Shown one piece after another: positions 38,161 through 47,978 of a DNA stretch of 64,000 bases. Position 1 is the stretch's first letter; each line of letters starts with the position of its first letter. A program made the translations under genes and the position numbers. The stretch comes from Acidobacteriota bacterium. GTDB lineage: Bacteria > Acidobacteriota > Thermoanaerobaculia > Thermoanaerobaculales > Sulfomarinibacteraceae. The notes under the pieces were generated by a model. It searched no databases and had not been told where the DNA came from. It worked only from the letters and a program-made list of their open reading frames with translations. Location of the stretch: contig JAJDNM010000029.1 in the NCBI GenBank assembly GCA_022340665.1, positions 15,627-79,626 on the forward strand, in the 5' to 3' direction.

Positions 38161-38427
38161 GGCACAGAGGACACAGAGGAAGCACAGAGTTTCTGTCGCT
38201 TCTTAACGCAAAGACGCGAAGGCACAAAGACGCAAAGTCCCCCGCCCACCCACCACCATGAAGAGGGAGAGAATCAGAACCGACGTGCTCTCTTTGCGTC
38301 TCTGCGACTTTGGGTGGGCGGGCGGAGGGGTGGCTCTGCGTTTTCTCGGGTGGGCGGGTGGAAAATTCGAAATTCGAAATTCGAATTGGGCGGGTGGGTG
38401 GACCCTGAGTCTCTGTGCCTCTGTGGT
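38161..38427. repeat. composite mosaic inverted-repeat element (CACAGAG, CAAAGACG, CCCGCCCACCC, GAAATTC heptamer blocks in mirrored order)
   Basis: The left arm carries (cacagag)x3, (caaagacg)x3 and cccgcccacccacc. The right arm carries their reverse complements plus (gaaattc)x3. It fills the gap between convergent genes. Confidence 0.9.
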
Positions 38428-39818
38428 TATTCGGCACCAACCGGTGCGACGAGCCGCTTGAAATCCTCGCGATCGCGAAGGCCGTCGAGGTCGTGGTCGG
38501 TCGCCATCAGCTCGAATTGATTGAATCCCGTCTCGAACGCTCGCGCGAGTGCCTCCATCGCCGCCTCGTCATGTCCGAGAAGAGCTCGCATGCAGGCGAG
38601 GTTGTACCAGACGACCGGGTTGTCATCGCGGATCATCACCGCCAGCTCGTACGACGTGGCCGCATGTGCGTACCGACCCTCGCCCGCAGTATCCCGAGGC
38701 AGGTAGAACGAGACTCCGCCGTAGAGCGCGTTGAGACACCTTTGAGCTGCGAGCCCTCTGGCGTCCTTTTGCTCTCCCTCGTGCTGCAGCTGCCTTATCT
38801 GAAACCGTTGGGCGAGCTGGGCAACGCGCTGTGGAATTTCCGAGCTGCGAAGGGCATGCAGGCCGATACTGACCCGCTCGTCGCAGCGGCGCTCGAAGTT
38901 TCGGATTTTCTTAATGGTCTTGGCCTGATCCCGATAGGTCGCTTCGGCCTCGATCTTCCGTGCGCGGCTGCCAGCATTCGTCGACACCCCAAGACCCCCA
39001 TAGGTTCGATCGATCTCGCGATACCTCCGCGCAGCGTCATAATCGCGACCTTCGTCAACCAACAGATTCGCGGCCTCCATGTCTTTGGCTAACAGCGTGC
39101 CCACCAGCTCTGCATCGACGCTTCGCTCACCCCGTTGCATGGCAACAAGCTCGAACCACTCGATTGCCTCCCGTGCCAACTCGGGTGGCATCCAGGAATG
39201 TGAGCCTTCGAAGATCGCCAGGCGATGCGGGTTGCCCTGGGCCTCGAGAAACTCGTTGAGGAGGTGCATCTCCCTGTAGTTGAAGTCGAGCGAGCCGGCG
39301 GTAGCGAAGATCGGCACGTCGTCACCCTCGAGGATCTCTGGAAAATGCCGCCCGCCGCACGCCAGAATCCCCGCCAACCCTTGCGTCGCCCTCGAAAGCG
39401 AATATGCGACTGCGGCCCCACCCGAGAAGCCGGCGGCGTAGATTCGGCTACTATCCGTCGGCAGGCGCAAGTGGATCTCCGGCCACAGCGCCTCGAGGGC
39501 GATGGTATTGGGCTCCATCGGTCCGTCGGATCGGGTGTTGTCGGAGCTGACGATCATCCAGCCGTAGGCCTCGGCAGCATCCCTGAACAGCTCGGCAGCG
39601 AGCAGGGATCGCCCGCGTGGGTCGAAGACCAGTAGCACCGGCCACAAACGATCACTGGAATATGTCGAAGGGACGTAAAGGGTGTACGTCTGGGTCGGAT
39701 TGGACGCGCATTCGATGCCTTCGACCATCACACCGACCGGAACCGTGAGTGGCGGTATTTCGGCGTCGGCCAACCCGGCAACGCACGCTATCAGCAGGCC
39801 AAGAGATGCCAAGCGCAT
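38427..39818 (-). CDS. secreted alpha/beta-hydrolase (esterase/peptidase, GFSGGA nucleophile elbow) with C-terminal TPR-like helical domain
   Basis: Signal peptide MRLASLGLLIACVAGLADA from ATG 39818. GFSGGAAVAYSL serine motif. C-terminal half helical and TPR-like (YNLACMRALLGHDEAAMEALARAFETG). Confidence 0.75.
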   Translation of the reverse strand: MRLASLGLLIACVAGLADAEIPPLTVPVGVMVEGIECASNPTQTYTLYVPSTYSSDRLWPVLLVFDPRGRSLLAAELFRDAAEAYGWMIVSSDNTRSDGPMEPNTIALEALWPEIHLRLPTDSSRIYAAGFSGGAAVAYSLSRATQGLAGILACGGRHFPEILEGDDVPIFATAGSLDFNYREMHLLNEFLEAQGNPHRLAIFEGSHSWMPPELAREAIEWFELVAMQRGERSVDAELVGTLLAKDMEAANLLVDEGRDYDAARRYREIDRTYGGLGVSTNAGSRARKIEAEATYRDQAKTIKKIRNFERRCDERVSIGLHALRSSEIPQRVAQLAQRFQIRQLQHEGEQKDARGLAAQRCLNALYGGVSFYLPRDTAGEGRYAHAATSYELAVMIRDDNPVVWYNLACMRALLGHDEAAMEALARAFETGFNQFELMATDHDLDGLRDREDFKRLVAPVGAE

Positions 39819-39820
39819 GA

Positions 39821-42670
39821 TTGACTTACGTTGAGACACCTTTTTGGGTTCTACATCGGCTCGACTGGTTCCACCCTCCACCCACCCACGGCCAAACAGC
39901 ATTACGGGTGAGGTCATCCGGCAAAATCTACGCGCGTCGCTCCATCTCTACAGCACCACATCGCTGGAAAGCCGATCGGCCGTATCGCCGTCGAGCCGTA
40001 AAGCCGCTCCGACTTCAATACAATGGGCGCGTGGAGATCATTACAACCCACCTCTCGGCCGATTTCGATGCGTTCGCCGCAGCCGTGTGCTCGGTTCGAC
40101 TGTATCCTGGCGCCAAGGTGCTTTTTCCGGGTTCTCAGGAGGCGGCAGTGCGGCGTTTCCTCGCTGATACGGACCTCAGTTACCCTGAGTTCAAGCTGCG
40201 AGCTGCACGGACCGCAGGTATCGAGCATGTAGTGGTGGTCGATACCCGCAGCCCGTCGCGCCTCGGTGAGGTCCACGATCTTATCCAGCGAAACCGATGT
40301 CGGATCACCGTGATCGACCATCACACGGAGGATGACGACAACGATCTCGACGCGGATCAGGTTTTCGAACGCCCGGTCGGCGCAACCTGTACGATCGTCG
40401 CCGAACTCTTTCGCGAGCGCGGCATCGAACCGACCGAGGACGAAGCGACTCTCCTTCTCATGGGTATCTACGAGGACACCGGTGGTCTTTCCTACCGCGA
40501 GACCACGGCCGATGATCTCCGCATCAGCGCATGGCTTCTCGAACGGGGCGCTTCGCTCGGATGGGTGAGACGGTGGGTTCTCAAGGCTCTCCAACCCGAG
40601 CAATTGGAGCTGCTCAACCGGATGGTCGAGGCCACCGAGCAAGTCATGGTGGCGGGGACCCCCGTCGCGCTGTCGATGATCGAGGTGGATGAATACCACG
40701 AGGAGGCAGCATTCGTCGTACACCGATGGGTCGAGATCTTCGAGATCGCTGTCGGTGCAGTCATGCTCGTACGACCGCCGAACATCAATCTGATCCTGCG
40801 GTCCCGTCTCCCGGACCTTCACATCGGGAAGGTGGCTCAGCGGTTCGGGGGCGGTGGCCATCCGACTGCAGCGTCGGCGCGAGTCACCGGTATGATGCCC
40901 GTTGAACTCAGGGAAACGTTGCTCGAAACACTCGCAGTCGAAATGCCGCCGCCGGCGACCGCCATCGACATCGCCGTCCGCACGATTTTTTCAATCGATG
41001 ACACAAACAACGTCGAGGAGACCAAGAACCGGATCAACCAGCTTCGAGTCAATGCCCTTCCCGTCCGTGACAGCGGAACCGGTGAGTTGATCGGCCTCGT
41101 AACACGACAAACCCTGGACTACGCCCTCAGCCACGAGATGGGCAACCGACCCGTGCGCTCGGTGATGCAGCCTGAGCTACCGGTCGTATCGGCAGCCATC
41201 CCGCTCGATGACCTCCGGGACATCTTCCTTGAACGTTCCTACCGTTTCGTGGTCGTCGAAGATGCTGGTCGACCCGCCGGCATCGTCACCCGGATGGAGC
41301 TCTTCCGCCGTCTTTTCGAGCAGCAATACGATACCGGTTCCACGCTTGACCACCGAATGGCGGGGACCCGCCCCGTCAGCCAGCCCATCACCCGCCTTCT
41401 GCGAGATTTCTCGCCCCCTTGGGTCCAGCGTCTGGTGTCCGCGGCCCGGGAGGTCGCCGACCGCCTCGGCGTCTCGGTTTACCTGGTCGGCGGCATGGTC
41501 CGTGACATGCTGCTCCAACGAGCGAACGAGGACATCGACCTGGTCGTCGAGGGCGACGGCATCGCGTTCGCCGAAGCACTGGCGGAGATGCTGGGCGGCC
41601 GCCACCATCCGCATGCGCCGTTTTTGACCGCTGTCGTCACACTCCCCGACGGCCTCCGGGTCGACGTAGCTTCGGCACGCACCGAGTTCTACCGCACGCC
41701 CGCAGCGCTCCCTGAGGTCGAGACTTCCTTGATTCGCCAGGATCTCTACCGTCGTGATTTCACCATCAACGCCCTTGCGGTTGCGCTCTCGGGTGAACGT
41801 TACGGCGATCTCGTCGATTTCTTCGGCGGCCGCAAGGATATCCAACGTCGGGAGATCAGAGTGCTCCACTCACTCTCATTCATCGACGATCCGACCCGGG
41901 CGCTCCGTGCCGTGCGATACGCGCGCCGGCTCGGTTTCGACATCGCCAGTGACACCCGCAACCTGATTGCCACGGCCCTCGAGGAGGGCGTTTTCGAACG
42001 CCTGTCGGGTCAGCGTCTTCGGCGCGAACTCGAACACCTGTTGGCTGAGCCACACCCGACCCCGGCGCTCGAACTGGTCGCCGATATCGGGCTCATGCCG
42101 GCCATCTGCCCAGGCCTGGAGTGGTCCGAGGACATTCAAAGCTATCTCATGGAGTTGGAAGGCCAGCTCGCCTGGCATCAGCTCGAACAGCTCGGCTCAC
42201 CTCCCGAACAATGGATGCTGTTCCTCGGTGGATTGGCGCTTTCGTCTGGCCCCGACGCCGTGATCCGCCTGGTCGAGAGACTCCAGCTTGGCGGTCCGGT
42301 GAAAGACCGTTTTCTGGCGCTACCGGAGGCGGTGGAAGCGATCAAGGCGGCCGCGGAACCTGACCTGTCCACATCCCAGCGGGCAAATGCGATCGAGCAA
42401 CACTCGACGGAGTCACTATTGCTCGCGATGTCAGAGCTGCAGATGGAATCGCGACGCAGGCTGGCCAACGCATCGGTCTCGAACGCGCGGACCCGGATGC
42501 CAATCACCGGGCAGCAGCTGATCGACGGCGGAATGTCACCCGGCCCGCACATCGGACGAGCCCTCAAGCTGACCCGCGATGCACTCATCGACGACATGAT
42601 CGAAACCGAAGACGCTCTCTCCTGGGCACTTGAAACCGCCCGCTCGCTGGAACGGGAGACGATCCCGTGA
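39821..42670 (+). CDS. cca: multi-domain tRNA nucleotidyltransferase (CCA-adding/poly(A) polymerase head domain) fused to N-terminal DHH-DHHA1 phosphoesterase and CBS domains
   Basis: DHH motifs (ITVIDHHTED, GGGGHPTAASA), a CBS pair, then PolyA_pol head (VYLVGGMVRDMLL...DIDLVV...RDFTINALA). The ORF-track ATG 39821 is 3 bp from the divergent gene start; the real start is probably downstream (for example GTG ~40031). Confidence 0.8.
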   Translation: MTYVETPFWVLHRLDWFHPPPTHGQTALRVRSSGKIYARRSISTAPHRWKADRPYRRRAVKPLRLQYNGRVEIITTHLSADFDAFAAAVCSVRLYPGAKVLFPGSQEAAVRRFLADTDLSYPEFKLRAARTAGIEHVVVVDTRSPSRLGEVHDLIQRNRCRITVIDHHTEDDDNDLDADQVFERPVGATCTIVAELFRERGIEPTEDEATLLLMGIYEDTGGLSYRETTADDLRISAWLLERGASLGWVRRWVLKALQPEQLELLNRMVEATEQVMVAGTPVALSMIEVDEYHEEAAFVVHRWVEIFEIAVGAVMLVRPPNINLILRSRLPDLHIGKVAQRFGGGGHPTAASARVTGMMPVELRETLLETLAVEMPPPATAIDIAVRTIFSIDDTNNVEETKNRINQLRVNALPVRDSGTGELIGLVTRQTLDYALSHEMGNRPVRSVMQPELPVVSAAIPLDDLRDIFLERSYRFVVVEDAGRPAGIVTRMELFRRLFEQQYDTGSTLDHRMAGTRPVSQPITRLLRDFSPPWVQRLVSAAREVADRLGVSVYLVGGMVRDMLLQRANEDIDLVVEGDGIAFAEALAEMLGGRHHPHAPFLTAVVTLPDGLRVDVASARTEFYRTPAALPEVETSLIRQDLYRRDFTINALAVALSGERYGDLVDFFGGRKDIQRREIRVLHSLSFIDDPTRALRAVRYARRLGFDIASDTRNLIATALEEGVFERLSGQRLRRELEHLLAEPHPTPALELVADIGLMPAICPGLEWSEDIQSYLMELEGQLAWHQLEQLGSPPEQWMLFLGGLALSSGPDAVIRLVERLQLGGPVKDRFLALPEAVEAIKAAAEPDLSTSQRANAIEQHSTESLLLAMSELQMESRRRLANASVSNARTRMPITGQQLIDGGMSPGPHIGRALKLTRDALIDDMIETEDALSWALETARSLERETIP

Positions 42671-43308
42671 CGGCGAGACTGGCGTTGATGGTGGCAATCG
42701 CTTCTGTGGCGATTCCGCCACCGGCATCCGCCCAGGCGCCAATCGCGGTCGCGGAGAGGACCGTTACCCAGAGAGATGTGGCCACCCGTGTTTCGTTGTT
42801 CTCCAATGGTGCGGTCGTGGTTACGGTCCGACGCGGCGAAGAGCCGGATTTCTTCCGCCGGATCACTCTTCCGGACGACCAGTACATGATCTACCTCTCG
42901 ATCATCCAGACCAACGCGGAGGAGCTCGAGGACGAACCGATTTCCTCGCGCATCGACACCGAAGACTCCGAGGTCGTCCTGTCGCTGCACGTCGGACCCA
43001 GCGCACCCAGGTCGTTCCGTTTCTCCCCCATGTCTGGTGTCAATCTGGCGCTGTCGAAGATCATGGGCGCGATGGATGACCTGCAGACGCAGGTATTCGA
43101 CACCAGCCCTTCGGCCGAGGCTCTTCGAGCTTGGGTACCCCACGAGGGGGACCTGGTCGAGTTGATGACCGGGCAGTTTGCGACTGTGGTTGAAATCTGG
43201 GACGACGGGATGATCATCCTGAGGCACGAGTCAACCTCTATCCGGGAGTCGGTGGTTCCGAGCGTCCGTGATCAGGTGATACTCAGGATCGTGGAACGGG
43301 CACCGTGA
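42667..43308 (+). CDS. hypothetical secreted protein
   Basis: Signal peptide MTARLALMVAIASVAIPPPASAQA. ATGA overlap with the upstream gene. No recognisable family. Confidence 0.6.
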   Translation: MTARLALMVAIASVAIPPPASAQAPIAVAERTVTQRDVATRVSLFSNGAVVVTVRRGEEPDFFRRITLPDDQYMIYLSIIQTNAEELEDEPISSRIDTEDSEVVLSLHVGPSAPRSFRFSPMSGVNLALSKIMGAMDDLQTQVFDTSPSAEALRAWVPHEGDLVELMTGQFATVVEIWDDGMIILRHESTSIRESVVPSVRDQVILRIVERAP

Positions 43309-43874
43309 GAATTACCGGCGGCGAGTGGAGGTCGCGCCGATTGCGCGGCCCCGGAAGCAGCAAGGCACTGCGCCCGACGCCGGACGCAATGCGGGAACGA
43401 GCATTCGCGGTGCTCGGTCAGAAGATCGCCGAAACTCGATTTCTCGACCTTTTTTCCGGAACCGGCGCAGTCGGGCTCGAAGCACTTTCACGAGGCGCCG
43501 AGTCGGCAGTGTTCGTCGAGCAGCATCGGCCCGCCGCAAACCTGATCAAAGAAAACCTCGCCGCCTTCGACCTCGACCCGAGCCGCGCTGAGCTCATCGC
43601 ACGTCCCGCCTCTGCAGCGTTGGCCGATCTGACGAGGAGAAACGACCGCTTCGACGTCGCCTGGATCGACCCGCCGTTCGAGACCTGGAGGGACGGGCTC
43701 GAGATCGTGATTTCACTCTTCGACCTTGGCCTTCTCCACGACCGCGCCCTGGCATGCCTGGAGTGTCCGCAAAAGGCCGATGTTGCTGGTGCGATTCCAC
43801 AGAATCTCGAGATCATCCGCGACCTGGTCGGAGGCGCCTCACGCGTCGTCATGATTGGAAAACCAAGCTCGTAG
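43305..43874 (+). CDS. rsmD: 16S rRNA (guanine966-N2)-methyltransferase RsmD
   Basis: RITGGEWRSRRL...LDLFSGTGAVGLEALSRGA...VAWIDPPF motifs. Confidence 0.9.
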   Translation: MRITGGEWRSRRLRGPGSSKALRPTPDAMRERAFAVLGQKIAETRFLDLFSGTGAVGLEALSRGAESAVFVEQHRPAANLIKENLAAFDLDPSRAELIARPASAALADLTRRNDRFDVAWIDPPFETWRDGLEIVISLFDLGLLHDRALACLECPQKADVAGAIPQNLEIIRDLVGGASRVVMIGKPSS

Positions 43875-43889
43875 TCGTTCCCAAGTAAC

Positions 43890-43924
43890 TGGATGTTGGA
43901 TCTTGGATGTTGGATGTTGGATCC
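43890..43924. repeat. 7-bp tandem repeat (TGGATGT/TGGATCT) x5
   Basis: Directly read. Intergenic between convergent rsmD and the YdbT-like gene. Confidence 0.9.
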
Positions 43925-44016
43925 GACCAGCGTCTGAACCACACCGCCAAGGTCAGCACGTGAATCGAAAACCCAATGTCAAACATCGAATATCGAAGAT
44001 CGAACGAACGGATGAA

Positions 44017-44799
44017 CTACGAACCGACTGTGCGGCGGAGGGTGCGGGCCTCCTCGAGCAACCCCCGCGCAGCGACGAGAACTGCCGAAGGCTGCGTCGT
44101 ACCCGCTGCATCGGACTCTGCTTCAGGCTGAGGCTGATCGAGATCGCCAAGCCCGGAATCATGAAGTCGTTTGAGCCGCTCCAGAATCAGATCGCGAATC
44201 GCCGGCGCGTTGTCGACGCCACGAAAGTACCCGATGTGACCACTCTTCTCCTCCCCCTCGGCCTCGTGATGATTTGCTCGACCTCCACCTCCCGCAGTCC
44301 TGACCCGCAGGTTCGAGATCCCGAACAACCTCTCCACCGGCCCCTGTCGGATCGAGACCTCCTGGACGTTGTCGAAGGTCATCGTCATCTCGCTGACCTT
44401 GCGCACGCCCTCACGAATTCGCAGGCTGCGGTCGGTGACGATATACCACCGCAGCTCCCAATCGAGGACCACAGCCATCAGCGACACCGGCAGCTGGGCG
44501 AGGAAGCCGACGATTCCGATGATCTCGATCCACCCCATGAACCTCAGAATGATTGCTTGGAAGGGCACCTTCGTCAGCACTTCCAGTTCACCGGATTCGA
44601 CAAATCTCATCGCCGCGAGGGCACTGACGAGACCGATGAGGGTCAGGATCTGACCCGCACCCCATCCCAGGAGCTTCAAGTGAAAATATCGTCTCGAAGC
44701 GCGAAACACGCGTGCGGTGTCCACCGAACCGGCCGGGAGGTGCGGTTCGGGTGGCACCTTGAGAATCCGCAACATGAAGTTCTTGAAGGCGCCGATCAC
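44017..44799 (-). CDS. YdbT-like bacterial PH-domain (bPH_2/DUF304) membrane protein
   Basis: Two N-terminal TM helices followed by a bPH_2-like domain. Paired with the upstream YdbS-like gene (4-nt overlap). Confidence 0.7.
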   Translation of the reverse strand: MIGAFKNFMLRILKVPPEPHLPAGSVDTARVFRASRRYFHLKLLGWGAGQILTLIGLVSALAAMRFVESGELEVLTKVPFQAIILRFMGWIEIIGIVGFLAQLPVSLMAVVLDWELRWYIVTDRSLRIREGVRKVSEMTMTFDNVQEVSIRQGPVERLFGISNLRVRTAGGGGRANHHEAEGEEKSGHIGYFRGVDNAPAIRDLILERLKRLHDSGLGDLDQPQPEAESDAAGTTQPSAVLVAARGLLEEARTLRRTVGS

Positions 44800-45353
44800 G
44801 GCAGCTCACCCCGATCCCGACCCGCAAGGGTCTCGCGAATCGCCCGCAGTTCGGCAGTGACCCCGCGCAGAGTTTCGGCCAACTCGCTGGTGGCAGCGGC
44901 GTCGATGCTACCAGCCGCCCCTCCCCCCCGGATTTTCTCGGCCGACGGTGTTTTGACGCCACGCATGCGTCCGTAGAGGTAATCACGAATTTCGTCGAAT
45001 TCCAGCAAGCCCTCGAGGGTCATCTCCGCTCCCGAGCTGCCGCTTGCCGTCTGAACCTCGATCCGTGCCAGCTTGAGCCAGCGCTCGACGATGTTCGAGC
45101 GCAGGTGGATGTCCTGAATGCGCGCGTAGGTGAGATTGATCTCGCGCCTAAAGAGAATCCCCCACCGCATCGATATCCCTTCCTCGTCGAAACGATAGCG
45201 AAGGGTGTGATAGCGAAAGTACAGCGGAATCAGGAGTATGAAGAAGAGTGGACCGAGCAGGAAGGACGACAACACGTAGTAGGTCATGAGGGCCGGTGCC
45301 GGCCGCTCGATGGCGAAAATGGCAGACTCGTCGTATGAATTTTCGCTGCTCAT
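44796..45353 (-). CDS. YdbS-like bacterial PH-domain membrane protein
   Basis: TM hairpin (YYVLSSFLLGPLFFILLIPLYF) followed by a PH-like domain (RYRFDEEGISMRWGILFRREINLTYARIQDIHL). Confidence 0.7.
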   Translation of the reverse strand: MSSENSYDESAIFAIERPAPALMTYYVLSSFLLGPLFFILLIPLYFRYHTLRYRFDEEGISMRWGILFRREINLTYARIQDIHLRSNIVERWLKLARIEVQTASGSSGAEMTLEGLLEFDEIRDYLYGRMRGVKTPSAEKIRGGGAAGSIDAAATSELAETLRGVTAELRAIRETLAGRDRGELP

Positions 45354-45396
45354 GACGTGAGTTTATACCCGCTGTTGACCGGTTGTATTCCACTCA

Positions 45397-45490
45397 GAAT
45401 TTGAGAGTTGAGAATCGAGAGTTGAGAGTTGGTTCAAAAGACGCCGATCTGCGGTTTCAGGGTGGGTGGGCGGAACTCTCAACTCTTCAC
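45397..45490. repeat. mosaic hairpin element: (GAGAGTT)n ... AAAGACGCC ... GGGTGGGTGGGCGG ... inverted (AACTCTC)
   Basis: gagagttgagaatcgagagttgagagttgg ... ggaactctcaactcttc inverted arms around a GGGTGGGCGG core. Confidence 0.85.
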
Positions 45491-45525
45491 TTACGAGCGT
45501 CAGTTGGTCGATTGACAAATCAGGA

Positions 45526-45792
45526 ATGAATCCTGATATTATGACCGTCTGGGGGTTTTTGATGGCTCTGCTTCGGCCGAAAAACAAACGACGCCGCACC
45601 AAATTTCGCTCCTACACAGTCATCCGGTGCCCGTTCAACGGCCACCAGGTGTCGTTCTGCCGAGGCCTGTGCGAGCCTGTCAATGGTTACGGTCACTGCG
45701 GCCGCATCGCCGCCCATGCGATGATCGGCCGCCATCAGGCGGCCATCGCCAGCTACAAGGCACGGCCGCTCAAGGACAGGCCGAACTACTGA
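45526..45792 (+). CDS. hypothetical small Cys/His-containing protein
   Basis: ORF with moderate codon bias (CPFNGHQVSFCRGLCEPVNGYGHCGRIAAH). The 5' end overlaps the repeat element, so the call is weak. Confidence 0.3.
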   Translation: MNPDIMTVWGFLMALLRPKNKRRRTKFRSYTVIRCPFNGHQVSFCRGLCEPVNGYGHCGRIAAHAMIGRHQAAIASYKARPLKDRPNY

Positions 45793-45796
45793 TCGT

Positions 45797-45910
45797 CGCT
45801 CGATGCTGGATGCTCGATGCCGGATCCTGGATGTTGGATGCAAGAGAATTATCGGTCCACCGCTTCAGCTGGCGGCGAAGCGGATCTAGCATCCATGATC
45901 TAGCATCCAG
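45797..45910. repeat. inverted blocks of CTGGATG/CTCGATG heptamer repeats around a small GC hairpin (ccgcttc...gaagcgg)
   Basis: Left block gctcgatgctggatgctcgatgccggatcctggatgttggatg. Right block ctagcatccatgatctagcatccag, the reverse complement of the same family. Confidence 0.85.
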
Positions 45911-45932
45911 AATCGGGTGGGGCAACCGGAGC

Positions 45933-47735
45933 CTACGCGCTCTTCCTTTTTTTCGGCCGCTGGTTGGCGGCGAGCACCCGTTTGCGCACCCTGATCGCGG
46001 TCGGAGTGACTTCGACCAACTCGTCCTCGTCGATCCACTCGATCGCCCGGTCAAGGGTCAATTCCTGCGGCGGCGCGAGCCGCAATGCCTCGTCGGCACC
46101 CGCGGCACGCATATTGGTCAACTTCTTTTCACGCGTGATGTTCACATCGAGATCGTTGTCGCGCGCATTTTCACCCACAATCATGCCCTCGTAGACCTCG
46201 GTCTGAGGGTGGACGAAGAGCGTACCTCTTGGCTCGAGGTGGTAGAGCGCGTAGGTTGTCGTCTTACCGGTACGGTCTGATACAAGTGCGCCGGTGGCCC
46301 GGCCCGGGATCTCGCCCTGCCACGGCTCCCACCCATCGAAGAGGTGGTTGAGGATGCCGGTGCCTCGGGTATCGGTGAGGAACTCCGAGCGGAAACCGAT
46401 CAGGCCGCGCGACGGAATTCGGAATGCCAGCCGCACGCGGCCGTGACCCGGGTTGTGCATCTCCGTCATTTTTCCCTTTCGCCCGCCAAGTTTCTGGGTG
46501 ACGACGCCAACGAAATCCTCCGGACAGTCGACCTGAACCACTTCCATCGGCTCGTGCCGTCGCCCGTCGATCTCGCGAGTGACGATCTCGGGCTTCGAGA
46601 CTGAAAGCTCATAACCCTCGCGCCGCATGGTCTCGATCAGAATCGCGAGCTGCAGCTCTCCCCGACCCTGCACCTCGAAGGCATCGTTGCCGAGAATGCT
46701 CAGACGGATGGCGACGTTGTGGAGAGCCTCCTTTTCGAGCCGCGCACGAATCTGGCGAGCGGTCACGTATTGGCCCTCGCGCCCGCCGAACGGGGAGGTG
46801 TTGGCCGAGAAGACCATCGACATGGTCGGCTCATCGATCGCGATCCGCTTGAGCGGGCGCGGATCATCGCGATCAACCAACGAGTCGCCAATCGTCACCT
46901 CGTCGAGGCCCGCCAGGGCGACGATGTCCCCCGCCACAGCGTGTTCCACCTCGACCCTTTTGAGACCTTCGTGCGAGTACACGACACCGACCTTGGCTTC
47001 GTCGAGACCGTCCTCCCGCGCAATGCCGACCGACCGGTTGGCGTGTAATGTCCCGTTGACGATCCGGCCCACGGCAAGACGACCGAGATAGTCCGAGTAG
47101 TCGAGGTTGGTGACCAGAAGCTGAAGCGGCTCGGCTTCGTCACCCCGAGGCGGCGGAAGGGTTTCGAGAATTTCGTCGAGCAGGGGTTGCAGGTCGCCGA
47201 ATTCGCCTTCGATCCCGCGTCTGCACAGGCCCTTACGGGCGTTCGTGCAGAAGACGGGAAAGTCGAGCTGATCTTCGTCGGCGTCGAGATCGATGAACAG
47301 GTCGTAGACCTCGTCGAGAACCTCGGCAGGACGCGCATCGCCACGGTCAATCTTGTTGAGTACGACGATCGGTGGCAGACCGAGTTCGAGCGCTTTCTGC
47401 AACACGAAACGGGTCTGTGGCAACGGGCCTTCTGCGGCATCGACCAGCAACAGCACCCCATCCACCATCTGCAGGGTTCGTTCGACCTCACCCCCGAAAT
47501 CGGCGTGTCCGGGGGTGTCTACGATGTTGATCTTGACCCCCCGGTGGCGGACTGCCGTGTTCTTGGCGAGGATCGTGATGCCACGCTCACGCTCGAGATC
47601 ACCGGAGTCCATAACGCGCTCCGCAACCCGCTCATTCGATCGGAAGGTGCCACTCTGCCACAACATGGCGTCCACCAGCGTGGTCTTCCCGTGATCGACA
47701 TGCGCGATGATGGCAAGGTTTCGAAATTGGTTCAT
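45933..47735 (-). CDS. typA: translational GTPase TypA/BipA
   Basis: [25 protein letters not shown]... with EF-G-like domains. ATG 47735 with GGAGAGG RBS. Confidence 0.95.
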   Translation of the reverse strand: MNQFRNLAIIAHVDHGKTTLVDAMLWQSGTFRSNERVAERVMDSGDLERERGITILAKNTAVRHRGVKINIVDTPGHADFGGEVERTLQMVDGVLLLVDAAEGPLPQTRFVLQKALELGLPPIVVLNKIDRGDARPAEVLDEVYDLFIDLDADEDQLDFPVFCTNARKGLCRRGIEGEFGDLQPLLDEILETLPPPRGDEAEPLQLLVTNLDYSDYLGRLAVGRIVNGTLHANRSVGIAREDGLDEAKVGVVYSHEGLKRVEVEHAVAGDIVALAGLDEVTIGDSLVDRDDPRPLKRIAIDEPTMSMVFSANTSPFGGREGQYVTARQIRARLEKEALHNVAIRLSILGNDAFEVQGRGELQLAILIETMRREGYELSVSKPEIVTREIDGRRHEPMEVVQVDCPEDFVGVVTQKLGGRKGKMTEMHNPGHGRVRLAFRIPSRGLIGFRSEFLTDTRGTGILNHLFDGWEPWQGEIPGRATGALVSDRTGKTTTYALYHLEPRGTLFVHPQTEVYEGMIVGENARDNDLDVNITREKKLTNMRAAGADEALRLAPPQELTLDRAIEWIDEDELVEVTPTAIRVRKRVLAANQRPKKRKSA

Positions 47736-47978
47736 GGGGGGATCCTCTCCGACCCGCAACAGCGGGCGCGCTGTTGTAACACCTGGGGTCTTCAGGGTCA
47801 ATGGGCGCAGAATGAATTCGGATTTCGGAATTCGGAATCTGAATTTTCACACGTAGGGCAAATCTGCCGAAACAGTACTTAAAAATATACTCAGTCTCAG
47901 AAATGGTTGACTTCTTTCTGGTAACAGGTATCTTTTCGATTGGCGCGATTTCTCGAGGCAATTGGCGGGGAACCGGTG

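Noticed and set aside
39821-39823. ATG 39821 as the true start of the CCA-enzyme gene
   Set aside because: Only 3 bp from the divergent start codon of the hydrolase gene at 39818, leaving no room for two promoters. The first ~70 codons have no domain content. An internal start is likely.
39914-40861. 315-aa minus-strand ORF
   Set aside because: Antisense to the DHH-domain region of the CCA-enzyme gene.
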